Positions 8,952 through 19,217 of a stretch of DNA of 64,000 nt are shown piece after piece (position 1 is the stretch's first letter; each line of letters opens with the position of its first letter). The notes under the pieces were generated by a model. It did not search any database. It saw nothing but the letters and a program-made list of their open reading frames with translations, and was not told the origin of the DNA. Position numbers and translations under genes: made by a program. This stretch comes from an uncultured Nitrososphaerota archaeon (GTDB lineage: Archaea; Thermoproteota; Methanomethylicia; Culexarchaeales; Culexmicrobiaceae): contig CAYWZQ010000009.1 of assembly GCA_964462875.1 (NCBI GenBank), positions 3,618 to 67,617 on the forward strand. The letters are read 5' to 3'.

Positions 8952-10568
8952 TCAGAGCTTCAGTGTAATATACTTGAGTATTACAGGTTCTAAATGCACA
9001 CTCAGCTTACCATCGATTAACTGAAACACTATTCTCTTCAACCAATTTACGTTATCCATTGTAACAAAATCATCTCTATAGTGAGCACCTCTGCTCTCAC
9101 ACCTCATTAAAGCAGCTCTAACCACCAATTCAGCTATTTCAATCATATTCCTTAGCTCAAACACCTCAATTAGATCAAGTGCCTTGGTTGCCTTGACATC
9201 ATTAAGTTTATCCCTCAATTCTCTAATCGAGGATTGAGCATCAATTAACTCATCACCTCTCCTAATAACACCACACTTATACCACATTATTCTCTTCAAT
9301 TCACTCTTCAATTGCCTAGCATCCAAAGTCCCTCTCTTAAACGATTCAATAGCCCTCTGATACTTAACCAATAAATCCTGACCATTAAAGCGCGCCTTCC
9401 TTTTCATCGAGAAAATTGCTGCCGATAAACCAGCTCTAGCACCAAAGACCACTGCCTCAGTTAATGCATTACCTCCGAGCCTATTGGCTCCATGAACACC
9501 TCCAACTACTTCCCCACAAGCATAGAGGCCTGGAACACCCGTTTCACAATCAACATTTACCTTTATACCACCCATTGTAAAGTGAGCAAGAGGAGCAATT
9601 CTAACCTTATCCATCTTAATACCCAACTTAATAGATAGAGAAGAGGCAAGCGATGAAAGAACCCTCGAGACTTCACCTTCAGCCACTCTGCTTAAATCAA
9701 TAATAAGAGATTCGCCAACACCCCTACCCTCAATTATTTCTCGCCAGATAACTCTTGACAGCAAGTCCCTATGCTTAATAGCAGCAATGTGTAGTGGCGT
9801 CTTAATACCATGCTTTTCCAGCACATCCTCTCCAAGAGCATTCACCAGCTTCCCCTGCACAGCAGGGAAAATCCATGTGGGCATGCCATCCTCAGCTAAA
9901 CCCAATGGAAAGAATTGAACAAACTCCATATCAATTAGCTTTGCACCAGCCCTCAAAGCCATAGCACAACCATCACCAGTTACTCTCACAGGATTATCGC
10001 TCCTCATGAAAAGCTGACTATAACCTCCAGTTGCCAACACTATTGCATTACATTGAAAAACCTCAATTTCGCCGGAGCGAGTATTTAGTGCTATTAGCCC
10101 ATTGACACCATCATCCACAACTAAATCAAGCGCCATATATCCATCAATAAATTGAACACCGAGCTTTCGAGCAAAATCAGCTAATGGACCTACTAGAGAA
10201 AGCCCGGTCATTAAGGGTGGACCCTCAACATAAACTCCTCCATCACGCAGCTTCAGGTCAACACCAAAGCTCCTTAGCTCTAACAGTCTCTTAGGAGCCT
10301 CCAAAACCATAGCTCTGACAAGCTCTTGATCATTAATGAAGCATCCGCCAAGAATTGTTTCTTCAAAATGCCTCTCAACACTATATTTGCCAAAAGCAGC
10401 TCTAAAGCCTCCACCAGCATAGAGAGTTGACGAGGCATATCCGATGGGAGCTTTAGATAAAATTGCAACTCTAGCACCCATTCGCGCAGCCTCAATTGAG
10501 GCTCTGAGTCCAGCTGCTCCACCACCGACAACTATAACATCGAAAACTTGCAAGAAATCACCACTCAC
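8952..10568 (-). CDS. FAD-dependent oxidoreductase of the succinate dehydrogenase / fumarate reductase flavoprotein family (L-aspartate oxidase / SdhA / TfrA-like)
   Basis: N-terminal 'VIVVGGGAAGLRASIEAA' FAD-binding fold, 'HFTMGGIKVN' and 'ESRGAHYRDDF' family motifs. 538 aa. No adjacent SdhB/C or NadA/C genes. Confidence 0.8.
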   Translation of the reverse strand: MSGDFLQVFDVIVVGGGAAGLRASIEAARMGARVAILSKAPIGYASSTLYAGGGFRAAFGKYSVERHFEETILGGCFINDQELVRAMVLEAPKRLLELRSFGVDLKLRDGGVYVEGPPLMTGLSLVGPLADFARKLGVQFIDGYMALDLVVDDGVNGLIALNTRSGEIEVFQCNAIVLATGGYSQLFMRSDNPVRVTGDGCAMALRAGAKLIDMEFVQFFPLGLAEDGMPTWIFPAVQGKLVNALGEDVLEKHGIKTPLHIAAIKHRDLLSRVIWREIIEGRGVGESLIIDLSRVAEGEVSRVLSSLASSLSIKLGIKMDKVRIAPLAHFTMGGIKVNVDCETGVPGLYACGEVVGGVHGANRLGGNALTEAVVFGARAGLSAAIFSMKRKARFNGQDLLVKYQRAIESFKRGTLDARQLKSELKRIMWYKCGVIRRGDELIDAQSSIRELRDKLNDVKATKALDLIEVFELRNMIEIAELVVRAALMRCESRGAHYRDDFVTMDNVNWLKRIVFQLIDGKLSVHLEPVILKYITLKL

Positions 10569-11116
10569 AAACCCAGCTCATCAGCTATATCCTTCAAAGC
10601 CGAAAGGCTCAATTCAAGAAACTCGCCTAAATCAATACCTAGCTTTTCACACAACAGTATTTTAGCTCTATCAACACCCCTTGCAAAATCTTTTTGCTTA
10701 AACTTCTTCTTCAAGCTCTTAACTTTAACCTCACACAGCTTCTTATTCGGCATTACGAGAGCAGTTGCAATCACTAAGCCAGAAACGTGATCAGCGGCTC
10801 TTAGCGCTAGGGCCAGCTTGGTTTTTGCCTCAAATCCAAGATTTTCATTATGACATTTAATTGCCTCAAGCGCTTCTTCAGGCAATTTATTCTTCAATAT
10901 CTCAATAGTCTTTAATCCATGAACATTCAAGTCCCCACCAGTCAACTCGTAGTCTAGGTCATGAAGTAATCCCGTTAACCCCCAAAGCTCAACATCCTCA
11001 CCTAGCCTTTCAGCCAACTTCTTCATAATAGCTTCAACAGCAAGCATGTGTTTAAACAGCTTATCACTCTTAATATACTCCTTAATTAGGCTTAGCGCAG
11101 ATCCCCTATCAATCAT
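10565..11116 (-). CDS. HD-domain phosphohydrolase
   Basis: 'HMLAVEAIMKKLAERLG...LTGLLHDLDY' matches the H...HD motif. Overlaps the downstream flavoprotein gene by 4 nt, which indicates an operon. Confidence 0.75.
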   Translation of the reverse strand: MIDRGSALSLIKEYIKSDKLFKHMLAVEAIMKKLAERLGEDVELWGLTGLLHDLDYELTGGDLNVHGLKTIEILKNKLPEEALEAIKCHNENLGFEAKTKLALALRAADHVSGLVIATALVMPNKKLCEVKVKSLKKKFKQKDFARGVDRAKILLCEKLGIDLGEFLELSLSALKDIADELGL

Positions 11117-11322
11117 AAAGACACCCCTTAATTCAGATTAACTCTCAGTCTAAAACATTTAAATTAGTGTTCACCAGACACGCTTATTAACCTAAGCTTC
11201 CAAGAACTTTGCAGAATCACTAGAACATTATCCAATGACTGAAATACATGCTGAACCAATGATCCTCCCCATCTCACGTCAAGTAAGTACGAAGTTAATT
11301 GCGCTCATGTAGGCGGTAGAGT

Positions 11323-12462
11323 ATGTGGAGAGTACTGCTAATATCATTCCTATCAAGCTTCACTTTAGGGGGCCTTGGACTTGCAGTACCACTTGTTCTA
11401 CTAGAGAAAAATATCAGTTTAACCGAGATAGGAGCCATCATGTCAATTCTACCGTTAGTATTTCTTTTCGTTAGAATTTTGTTTGCAGCTTTAGCGGATC
11501 AAGTTGGTTGGTCACCAATGTTTCTCGTCAACTGGATCTCACTTTTAACAGCAACTACAATATATTTACTGGCCAGCTCACCAATAGACTTCGCCATAGG
11601 TAAAGTACTAGAGGGGATTTCCGTATCAGCATACTGGGCTGTAAGCAGAACTGCAACATACCTCCTATCACCAAGTAGGGAAGCTGGAGAGGCCACAAAG
11701 GTTATTGGAGTAGTCGTGCTTGGTGGAGCGCTAGGAGCAGCTATTACTGGTGCAGTTATGTCTAAGTTTGGTGCGCATAGCGCATTTAGTCCACTCATAA
11801 TAGCATCAGTACTACTAATCTACCCAACAATAGCCCTATGGAACGTTGGAACGAAAAGATCCAAAATCAATCTAACCCAAATACTTGGGGCTCTAGACCC
11901 AAGGGGGAAGGGGAGGGATTTCTGGAATGTTTCAATCATAATGGCAATCAATAGCTTAGCCAGATACCCACTACTATCATTAGTATTACCAGTCTTCATG
12001 TCCAAGGAAATGGGCTACGATTACATGGCGATTGGGATGGCCTTCATGGCATATAACATAGCGACAGCACTTACAGTGTTCCTTACCATGAAATTGCCAT
12101 TAAGCTTTATAAGAGCAGTGATTCAAAGCGTAATATACTTTATTGCATGCGTAGCCCTCCCAAGCTCAAAAATATTACTACCACTATACATAACCGGATT
12201 AGCTATTGCAAGTGGACTTGGAACACGCTTCTACGAAACTATCATAGCTGAAGTAAGCAAGCATAGAACTAAAACATTATCGATAGATATAGGAATATTA
12301 CACATACCCATGCGAATAACAGAATTCTCATCCCTCATTCTATTCAGCATAATAGTTGAAAGTCTTGGATATCAAGTAACACTCATTCTATCAGGGCTAG
12401 CCTACATGGCATTCTCAATTCTATCGTATATTCAATTGAAAAAGAGAAGTAGGATATCATAA
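11323..12462 (+). CDS. MFS-type membrane transporter
   Basis: 379 aa with about 10-12 hydrophobic segments and an MFS-like N-terminus. Confidence 0.65.
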   Translation: MWRVLLISFLSSFTLGGLGLAVPLVLLEKNISLTEIGAIMSILPLVFLFVRILFAALADQVGWSPMFLVNWISLLTATTIYLLASSPIDFAIGKVLEGISVSAYWAVSRTATYLLSPSREAGEATKVIGVVVLGGALGAAITGAVMSKFGAHSAFSPLIIASVLLIYPTIALWNVGTKRSKINLTQILGALDPRGKGRDFWNVSIIMAINSLARYPLLSLVLPVFMSKEMGYDYMAIGMAFMAYNIATALTVFLTMKLPLSFIRAVIQSVIYFIACVALPSSKILLPLYITGLAIASGLGTRFYETIIAEVSKHRTKTLSIDIGILHIPMRITEFSSLILFSIIVESLGYQVTLILSGLAYMAFSILSYIQLKKRSRIS

Positions 12463-13263
12463 TTTCAATAGCTCGCTATAGAGGTCAATTCTTCTATCTT
12501 TGAATACATGATTTAACTCCGTAATCCACTTATTCCTAGCCAATGATACATTAATTTGAACTACTTTGACTTCCTCCTCATTTTCACTTGCTCTTGCAAG
12601 CACCTCCATTTTGGGGCTCGTAACTTGACTCATTCCGGTAAATTTAAGGCTCATCCCTCCACGGCATTCAATTCCAATCCTATTGGCTGTTATTGTGTAC
12701 ACTCTATTTTCTATGGATCGTGCAAGCATCACTTTATGAGCATATGGCAACACCAAATTTGCTGGATGACAAATTATATCTGCTCCTTTAAGCGCCAGTA
12801 TTCTGCAGGCCTCTGGAAAACACCAGTCAAAGCAAATTATTACTCCTATCTTTGCTAAACCAATGTCAAATACTTGAAAACCAGTATCTCCAGGGGCAAA
12901 TACTTCTTTCTCCCTATAGAATAGATGAGCCTTCCTATACTTACCAATAAAACCGTTCGGGCCAACGATGATGGCGGAATTATAAACTTTGCTCTGAGAA
13001 AGTTCAGCAATTCCTGCCACAATAAAAGTCCTAGTCTTCTTAGCAACTTTAATAAGCTTTTGAGTAGTGTATCCTGAAGGTATCTCCTCAGCTAGCTCTC
13101 TCGCCTCCCACCTATCCACGAATAAATATCCAGTGTTAAACAGTTCTGGGAGTACAAGTAAATCTGCATCAACACCCTCTATGAAAGCCACAGCCCTATC
13201 GACATTATCCTCTACTTCACCGAATTTCGGATTTAATTGAATAAAGCCTATTTTCAAGCCCAA
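12457..13263 (-). CDS. Carbon-nitrogen hydrolase (nitrilase superfamily amidase)
   Basis: Glu-Lys-Cys triad context: 'LPELFNTGY', 'KAHLF', 'IICFDWCFPE'. Confidence 0.8.
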   Translation of the reverse strand: MGLKIGFIQLNPKFGEVEDNVDRAVAFIEGVDADLLVLPELFNTGYLFVDRWEARELAEEIPSGYTTQKLIKVAKKTRTFIVAGIAELSQSKVYNSAIIVGPNGFIGKYRKAHLFYREKEVFAPGDTGFQVFDIGLAKIGVIICFDWCFPEACRILALKGADIICHPANLVLPYAHKVMLARSIENRVYTITANRIGIECRGGMSLKFTGMSQVTSPKMEVLARASENEEEVKVVQINVSLARNKWITELNHVFKDRRIDLYSELLKL

Positions 13264-13278
13264 GTACCCTTGTAAAAT

Positions 13279-14484
13279 TCATGTTGGAATTATTAGCTCT
13301 TCTAAATTCCTTGGATAATAGGTTACTACCTCCACTCCATCCTCAGTTATTATGACAGTGTCAGAATGCCTAAAACCTGCAAATCCAGGTATGTAGATGC
13401 CAGGCTCACAGCTGAATACCATTCCGGGCTTCAAAATCGTTTCATCACCATCCTCTATCCATGGAGGCTCATGGCCCTCAAGTCCAATACCATGCCCAAC
13501 CCTATGAAGAATATACTCTTGAGGAACTCCCTCCTCCTTAAACACCTTGAAAGCAGCCTTATTAACTTCACATGCCTTAATTCCTGGCTTAAATGCATTT
13601 AGAGCTGCCTGCTGAGCCTTAACCATAATGTTGAAGTATTTAACTTGCTTCTCGCTTGGCTTACCGACAATCATAGTTCTCTCAAGCTCCGCACTATAAC
13701 CACCCACATTAGCTCCAGCACCAGTTACCAGTACATCACCCTCCTTAATTACCATGCTCCCAGCAAGCATGTGAGGATAAGCCGAATAGGCACCTATTTG
13801 ACCACGAAAACCAGCTCGGGCAGGTAGGGATGTCCCTGGATCATATTCTGGACCTAAAGCCTTTATCATAGCAACTGAAGCTTCATAGCTAGCCCTCATT
13901 GCAACTTCAGTTTCAATCAAACCTGGAGCAGTATAGTCTTGCAGAAGCCTATGAGCTAAATTAGCCCACTTAGCGCTTTCCCTAATTAAATCGAGCTCCT
14001 CCTCATCCTTAATCAGTCTCATCTCATCAATTAGCTGTGGCATAATAGTTATTTTGGCCTTCGGAAGCAGCTCACTCAGCTTTGGCCCCCGATAACCCAT
14101 CACACCTCCATAACCAGGTGCATCAGCTGCAATATTCTTTTCATGCAACTTCATTTCCTCTAATGCTTTAGCTAAAACCTTCATTGGATGCTCTACACCA
14201 GGATACTCAAAGTAAACTATTCTCTTCTTAACATGCGGTACTCTAAACTTCGAATGCTCCTCTTCAAGCTTTGGTACGAAAAGGGCAGTTTCATCGTCAA
14301 CTGGAACTATCAGAGCTATGGGCCTCTCCGTTGGTATCACTCGATAGCCCGTCAAATAGAATATTCTTATGGGACTGAAGAGTATTAGTGCATCCAAATT
14401 CTTTGACTCGAGAACTTTCCTCACTTTCTCAATTCTATTCAAATAGTTCTTAATGCTAATTGAAAACCTACCCATAATATACAC
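13279..14484 (-). CDS. M24 family Xaa-Pro aminopeptidase / prolidase
   Basis: Creatinase-like N-terminal domain plus a pita-bread fold with 'HRVGHGIGLEGHEPPWI' and the 'SCEPGIY' metal-ligand motif. Confidence 0.85.
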   Translation of the reverse strand: MYIMGRFSISIKNYLNRIEKVRKVLESKNLDALILFSPIRIFYLTGYRVIPTERPIALIVPVDDETALFVPKLEEEHSKFRVPHVKKRIVYFEYPGVEHPMKVLAKALEEMKLHEKNIAADAPGYGGVMGYRGPKLSELLPKAKITIMPQLIDEMRLIKDEEELDLIRESAKWANLAHRLLQDYTAPGLIETEVAMRASYEASVAMIKALGPEYDPGTSLPARAGFRGQIGAYSAYPHMLAGSMVIKEGDVLVTGAGANVGGYSAELERTMIVGKPSEKQVKYFNIMVKAQQAALNAFKPGIKACEVNKAAFKVFKEEGVPQEYILHRVGHGIGLEGHEPPWIEDGDETILKPGMVFSCEPGIYIPGFAGFRHSDTVIITEDGVEVVTYYPRNLEELIIPT

Positions 14485-14529
14485 CGATTTAAAATATTTG
14501 CAACTTAATTTTAAAACCTAATTACTGCA

Positions 14530-15495
14530 TTAAAGAATGGTTGTCCTAACGAGCTCCGCAGCCTCACTCATTAACCTCATTTTCAATACCGCAGTTCTCT
14601 GAGCCTCATCCTCACTCCCAAATGCCTGCCTAAACCCCTTAAAACCGCAGTCAGGCGCTAGAAAAAGTCGCTCAAAACCGAAAACTTCACCGGCATGCTT
14701 AATGAAACCTACAACTTCATCCACACTCTCGACCTCAATATCACCATTCTTCGGAACTGTTTGAACACAACCCAAACCCAATAACTTATCATAAGACTCC
14801 AAATCTCTCCTACTATAAGCAGCTAGATTTCTCGGAAAGCCCTTAAACTCGTGATGTAAAATCTTGGCCGATGTTTGAAGCAAAATACTTGCAAAACCCC
14901 TAATATCACCACATACATGAACTCCAACAAGCTTACCCTTTGCAGCAGCCTTACTAAGAGGTTTACTTATGGCCTTAATCAGGAGGTCCTCTTCCACCCC
15001 CATGAATGAAGCATATGGAAGAGAAGGCTCATCTATAAAAACCACCTTAACTTCTCGAGGCTCTGATAACTGGTCAACAATACCAGTAACAGCATCAATA
15101 AACTCCTCAACAACACTTTCATAGCTCAAAGCAACCATCTTATCAGTTACTTTGGTTACTGAGGCAAGAGTTAATGGTCCCGTAACTTGAACTTTCAATG
15201 AAACCTCCCCGCGAACTTTCTTCAGGACCTCTATTGCCTCGTGCAGCTGATGCACTACTCCGCTTACTCTCGGAGTTTTAATTGATGAAACTAACCACGC
15301 AGTATCGCCAACTACTTCAATACCGCACTTATTCCTTGAAAACTCTTCAAGAAAAAGCATGCAAAAATCCTTTAACTGAGGTAGAGCTGGAAAAGTAATA
15401 TTACACATAACTTGATCTAATAAGGCTCTTCTAAAGTTTTCAGCAGTAGGTGATAAGGGGAAACTTCCGATAGTAGTTGTCGGTAGCATACACAA
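14530..15495 (-). CDS. Short MetE-like protein: cobalamin-independent methionine synthase C-terminal-domain homologue, possibly a methylcorrinoid:homocysteine methyltransferase
   Basis: 'TTTIGSFP' N-terminal motif and 'VHVCGDIRGF' resemble the MetE catalytic domain. 321 aa is typical of the archaeal short MetE. Confidence 0.6.
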   Translation of the reverse strand: MCMLPTTTIGSFPLSPTAENFRRALLDQVMCNITFPALPQLKDFCMLFLEEFSRNKCGIEVVGDTAWLVSSIKTPRVSGVVHQLHEAIEVLKKVRGEVSLKVQVTGPLTLASVTKVTDKMVALSYESVVEEFIDAVTGIVDQLSEPREVKVVFIDEPSLPYASFMGVEEDLLIKAISKPLSKAAAKGKLVGVHVCGDIRGFASILLQTSAKILHHEFKGFPRNLAAYSRRDLESYDKLLGLGCVQTVPKNGDIEVESVDEVVGFIKHAGEVFGFERLFLAPDCGFKGFRQAFGSEDEAQRTAVLKMRLMSEAAELVRTTIL

Positions 15496-15521
15496 ATTTT
15501 ATGCAGAGCTTTGATATAAAT

Positions 15522-16064
15522 CTAGGCCTTCTCGCCAGTAGTTGAGGCCATTTCTCTAAGCTCATCGATACTATCTCTATAGCCACTAACCATCAACACA
15601 TCGCCTGCCCTAACAAGATAGCTAGCTGGTGGATTTCTAATCCACTCACCGTCAACCCTCTTAACAGCTAAAACCCTGATTCCCATCTCATCTAATGCAA
15701 GCTCCTCTAGGCTTTTACCATCAAGTTCACTTTTCTCTTCAACTCTAACCATTGCAATGCTCTCTTCAACCTCGTGAAAGACCTTTTGAAGTATTGGATG
15801 AGGCTTTAGCCCTCTAAGAACAACATCAGCTATTGAAGCTGCTGCATCAGAAATAGCTTCAGCAGATAAACCAAATCTTATTAAGCCAAGAATGCCCTTT
15901 TCCTCACCTTCACGCTCCCTTAACTTCAAGACTTCTAATTCAAACTCAGTATGCAGTTCATCCACTTCCTCCTCCAACCTCATAACTTCTTCAGCTAAAG
16001 CCTTGTTATTAAAGAGTAGCGCGGAGTAGGCCAAATCTATCATGGTCCTTGAAGTATCAAGCAA
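15522..16064 (-). CDS. Cytosolic regulatory protein with a PhoU-like helical domain and a TrkA-C (RCK_C) domain
   Basis: 'MIDLAYSALLFNN...' PhoU-like N-terminus. C-terminal '...RVLAVKRVDGEWIRNP...VRAGDVLMVSG' is TrkA-C-like. Paralog of 16097..16729. Confidence 0.6.
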   Translation of the reverse strand: MLDTSRTMIDLAYSALLFNNKALAEEVMRLEEEVDELHTEFELEVLKLREREGEEKGILGLIRFGLSAEAISDAAASIADVVLRGLKPHPILQKVFHEVEESIAMVRVEEKSELDGKSLEELALDEMGIRVLAVKRVDGEWIRNPPASYLVRAGDVLMVSGYRDSIDELREMASTTGEKA

Positions 16065-16096
16065 TCTCCATAGTAGATCTTTAATTCTATCTAAAC

Positions 16097-16729
16097 TCAG
16101 TTCTCAATCACCTCTTCCCAATTTTTAATTTCACCTGAAGCAGCCTTCACGAAATCCTCAATGCACGAAGATGGTCCCTTAACAATCACTACATCACCTT
16201 CATGGAAGACTTCAAAGTCGTCTGGGTCAATTATTAGCTCTTTACCCCTCCTAATTGCTATAACATAAATCCCCAGCTCGACATCCAAATCTAATTCGCC
16301 AATAGACTTCCCAATTAAACATGAACCATTTGATATCACAACTTTCCTATATCTAGGCTCAATTTTCTCAAAAACTTCTCTAACTGATTGATGAATACCT
16401 AGCCTCTTCAGAACCACTTGAGTTATATCTGAAACAGCATTTGAAATTTCATCCATCGCTATGGCAACTCTAATGACACTTGACATAGCTTCAGCATCAC
16501 TTCGATCTCTAACAGCCAAAGCCGCGCTCATCCATAATTGATAAAGCAGACCATCCATTTCCCGCTCCAATTCTAAAACTTCACTCGCCAACTCCTCATC
16601 ATTTAGCAGAACAGAGGCATAAGCCAGGTCAATCATTAATCCGCAGATGTTCTTCATTTCCCTTAAGACTTCCCTAACAGACATAGGTTTAACATGAGAA
16701 AGAGAACTTCTACCCATACTGCCTCTCAT
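16097..16729 (-). CDS. Cytosolic regulatory protein with PhoU-like and TrkA-C (RCK_C) domains, paralog
   Basis: 'LMIDLAYASVLLNDEE...' followed by '...YVIAIRRGKELIIDPDDFEVFHEGDVVIVKG', which is TrkA-C-like. Confidence 0.6.
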   Translation of the reverse strand: MRGSMGRSSLSHVKPMSVREVLREMKNICGLMIDLAYASVLLNDEELASEVLELEREMDGLLYQLWMSAALAVRDRSDAEAMSSVIRVAIAMDEISNAVSDITQVVLKRLGIHQSVREVFEKIEPRYRKVVISNGSCLIGKSIGELDLDVELGIYVIAIRRGKELIIDPDDFEVFHEGDVVIVKGPSSCIEDFVKAASGEIKNWEEVIEN

Positions 16730-16807
16730 AGTTAATCTTTAAACCCCCACTCCACAAGGTACAGGATTCACCATAAAAACTATTGGATACAAAATATAAG
16801 GAGATTG

Positions 16808-17953
16808 CTATAGCAAATGCATTAAACTCACAATAAGTAAAGTACCAAGAAAGTCAGATAATGAACTAACGATGGGTATCACTAAGTTATCTGGATCCCA
16901 TCCCCTATTATAAGCCACAATTCCTATCACAAAAGAAACAGCCACCACCAATGGCACTCCGACCATGCCAACCATGATGCACAGCAGAATCATAGATTGC
17001 AAAACCACAGACAAGCCAATAGATATACAAAAAGCAAATGCAAGAGAACCATATAACGAATACAAGAGCAGTGATGAAGAGTAAACTCCTAGAACATCTA
17101 ATAATAAATACTTAAAAGACGACAAAGATGGATAAAGCAAGCCGAGTGCAAGACGAGTAGTGGTTAGAGAGCCAATAATGGAGCCGACAGCGCCCAAGGC
17201 ATTAAGCAATACTGGATAAACAACAATAACCTCAGGCTTCATTTGGATGGCATACTTATAATGAGCCAGAATAACTCCATTAATAACACCATCCAGACTA
17301 GTTAAGATCACCACTGGAGTCGCCTCCCTTATAGTTGAGCTATAAGACCGCAATTTCCAATCAGTTCTAGAGGCAATTAAAATAATTATTAAAAGCAAGA
17401 ATGCAAACAAGAGGAAAAGCGAGATAAAGTTACCTGTCAATGCAATGGTCAACAAAATAACTATTGAATAGCTCACTGCAACAAGTACATCATTCATGAT
17501 CGCAATCACGGGATAAACCACTACATCCGGGTCAAATCCCCTTCTGAAACTACTAAATGCCGTTACTAAGGTTATTGGCATGGATAGCCCCGTAGATAGT
17601 AGGCAAGCAACTATAGGTACCAATGCGAAATATGGTAGATCAGCTAAGCAGGCATTTTCAGCAAGAAAGTTTATTATAAACGTCAAGAAGCCCATCGCCA
17701 GTGAATCTATGTAAGTTAGTGCAAAAAGAGACTTAATCAATGCATAGAAATCCCTCGTATTACCAATAAATTTAGGTTCAACTTCACCGGTATGTAGCAT
17801 AGTTGAAATTCTACCAGAAAGAACACCACTAATATCGCCTCTAAGTGATAGAATCGATGGATATAAAGCGAGAATCCATGGAAGCGATATGAACAGGCCC
17901 TTAAAGCTAGAAATAACACCACCAGAAAACATACCACCAATACTAAAACTCAA
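16808..17953 (-). CDS. MgtE/SLC41-like divalent-cation transporter membrane domain (tandem repeat) that lacks the cytosolic N/CBS domains
   Basis: 381-aa polytopic protein with internally repeated halves. 'SLRGDISGVLSGRIST' resembles the MgtE pore motif. Lies next to the two PhoU/TrkA-C genes. Confidence 0.5.
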   Translation of the reverse strand: MSFSIGGMFSGGVISSFKGLFISLPWILALYPSILSLRGDISGVLSGRISTMLHTGEVEPKFIGNTRDFYALIKSLFALTYIDSLAMGFLTFIINFLAENACLADLPYFALVPIVACLLSTGLSMPITLVTAFSSFRRGFDPDVVVYPVIAIMNDVLVAVSYSIVILLTIALTGNFISLFLLFAFLLLIIILIASRTDWKLRSYSSTIREATPVVILTSLDGVINGVILAHYKYAIQMKPEVIVVYPVLLNALGAVGSIIGSLTTTRLALGLLYPSLSSFKYLLLDVLGVYSSSLLLYSLYGSLAFAFCISIGLSVVLQSMILLCIMVGMVGVPLVVAVSFVIGIVAYNRGWDPDNLVIPIVSSLSDFLGTLLIVSLMHLL

Positions 17954-18140
17954 AGCTATAGATGACTGAATGAAAATTCTCCGAAAATGCTTAAATCTAG
18001 ATTCCAGCCCTATTGCCCCACAACAATCATCTCCATCAACTGCTCAGTTTAAACAAGATTAAAACTCCTTTATAGTTTTCGTCTGAAGCATATCGTTTTA
18101 AGTTCATAAATTAATGAAAAAGTAATGGGGGCAATTTGCC

Positions 18141-19160
18141 GTGAATGAAGTTAGTAAGGAGGTAATTGAAGAAGCAAGAAAACTGCATGAGGAGTCAATC
18201 GTTATCGATGCACATTGCGATTCAATACTACACACAGTACCTAGAATACATAAACCGGACTGGAAAACCAGATCTTTAATCGTAAAGAGTAGTGAAGGAC
18301 ATGTAGACTTTCCAAGATTAATTGAAGGAGGAGTTACATGTCAATTCTTCGCAGTCTATGTTGACCCGCCCTACAAGCCGGAAAGAGCAACTGAAAGAGC
18401 ACTAGAAATGATTAGCTCATTCTATGTTGAAGTAGAAAAGAGCAAGAATAAAGTTTTAATTGTCGACAATAGCAATGACATAGTTAAAGCTAAAGAAGAA
18501 AACAAATTAGCAGCATTACTATCACTCGAGGGAGGAGAACCAGTACAATATAATCCAATACTCCTGAGAGCATTCCATAAATTAGGTATTAGATCCATGT
18601 CATTAACGTGGAATGAAAGAAATATGCTTGCAGATGGAGTTTCTGAAGCAAGAACTAGGGGAGGACTAACATCTTTAGGTCTGAAAACAATAGAATTAAT
18701 GGAAAAGCTAGGAATAATAATTGATGTATCACATATAAGTGAATCAGGATTTTGGGATATCATCGAAAATACGCATAAACCTATAATAGCATCCCACTCA
18801 AATTGCAAGGCAATATGCAATCATCCAAGAAACCTATCAGACGAGCAAATAAAGGCCATTGCAGAAAAGGGAGGTGTTATAGGGATAAACTTCTACCCCA
18901 AATTCTTAACTAAAGAAGAAAAAGCTACAATAGAGGACATAATAAGACACATAGACCACATAGATAAGTTGGTGGGAATTAATCATGTTGGACTCGGCTC
19001 CGACTTTGATGGCATATCCACAACACCTGAGGGATTAGAAGATGTTAGTAAACTACCCATGTTAACGGCCAAAATGCTTGAACACGGATACTCGAAAAAT
19101 GATGTTAAGAAATTTCTAGGAGAGAACTTCCTTAGAGTAATACGTGAAGTGATCGGCTAA
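18141..19160 (+). CDS. Membrane dipeptidase (renal dipeptidase family, M19)
   Basis: 'DAHCDSILHT', 'SLTWNERNMLADG', 'IIDVSHISESGFWD' and 'GLGSDFDGI' are M19 hallmark motifs. GTG start. Confidence 0.85.
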   Translation: MNEVSKEVIEEARKLHEESIVIDAHCDSILHTVPRIHKPDWKTRSLIVKSSEGHVDFPRLIEGGVTCQFFAVYVDPPYKPERATERALEMISSFYVEVEKSKNKVLIVDNSNDIVKAKEENKLAALLSLEGGEPVQYNPILLRAFHKLGIRSMSLTWNERNMLADGVSEARTRGGLTSLGLKTIELMEKLGIIIDVSHISESGFWDIIENTHKPIIASHSNCKAICNHPRNLSDEQIKAIAEKGGVIGINFYPKFLTKEEKATIEDIIRHIDHIDKLVGINHVGLGSDFDGISTTPEGLEDVSKLPMLTAKMLEHGYSKNDVKKFLGENFLRVIREVIG

Positions 19161-19217
19161 TATGCAATGAAACTTAAGAGCAGAGATTAAGTACAAGTAC
19201 TTGGAAGAGGCGATATT

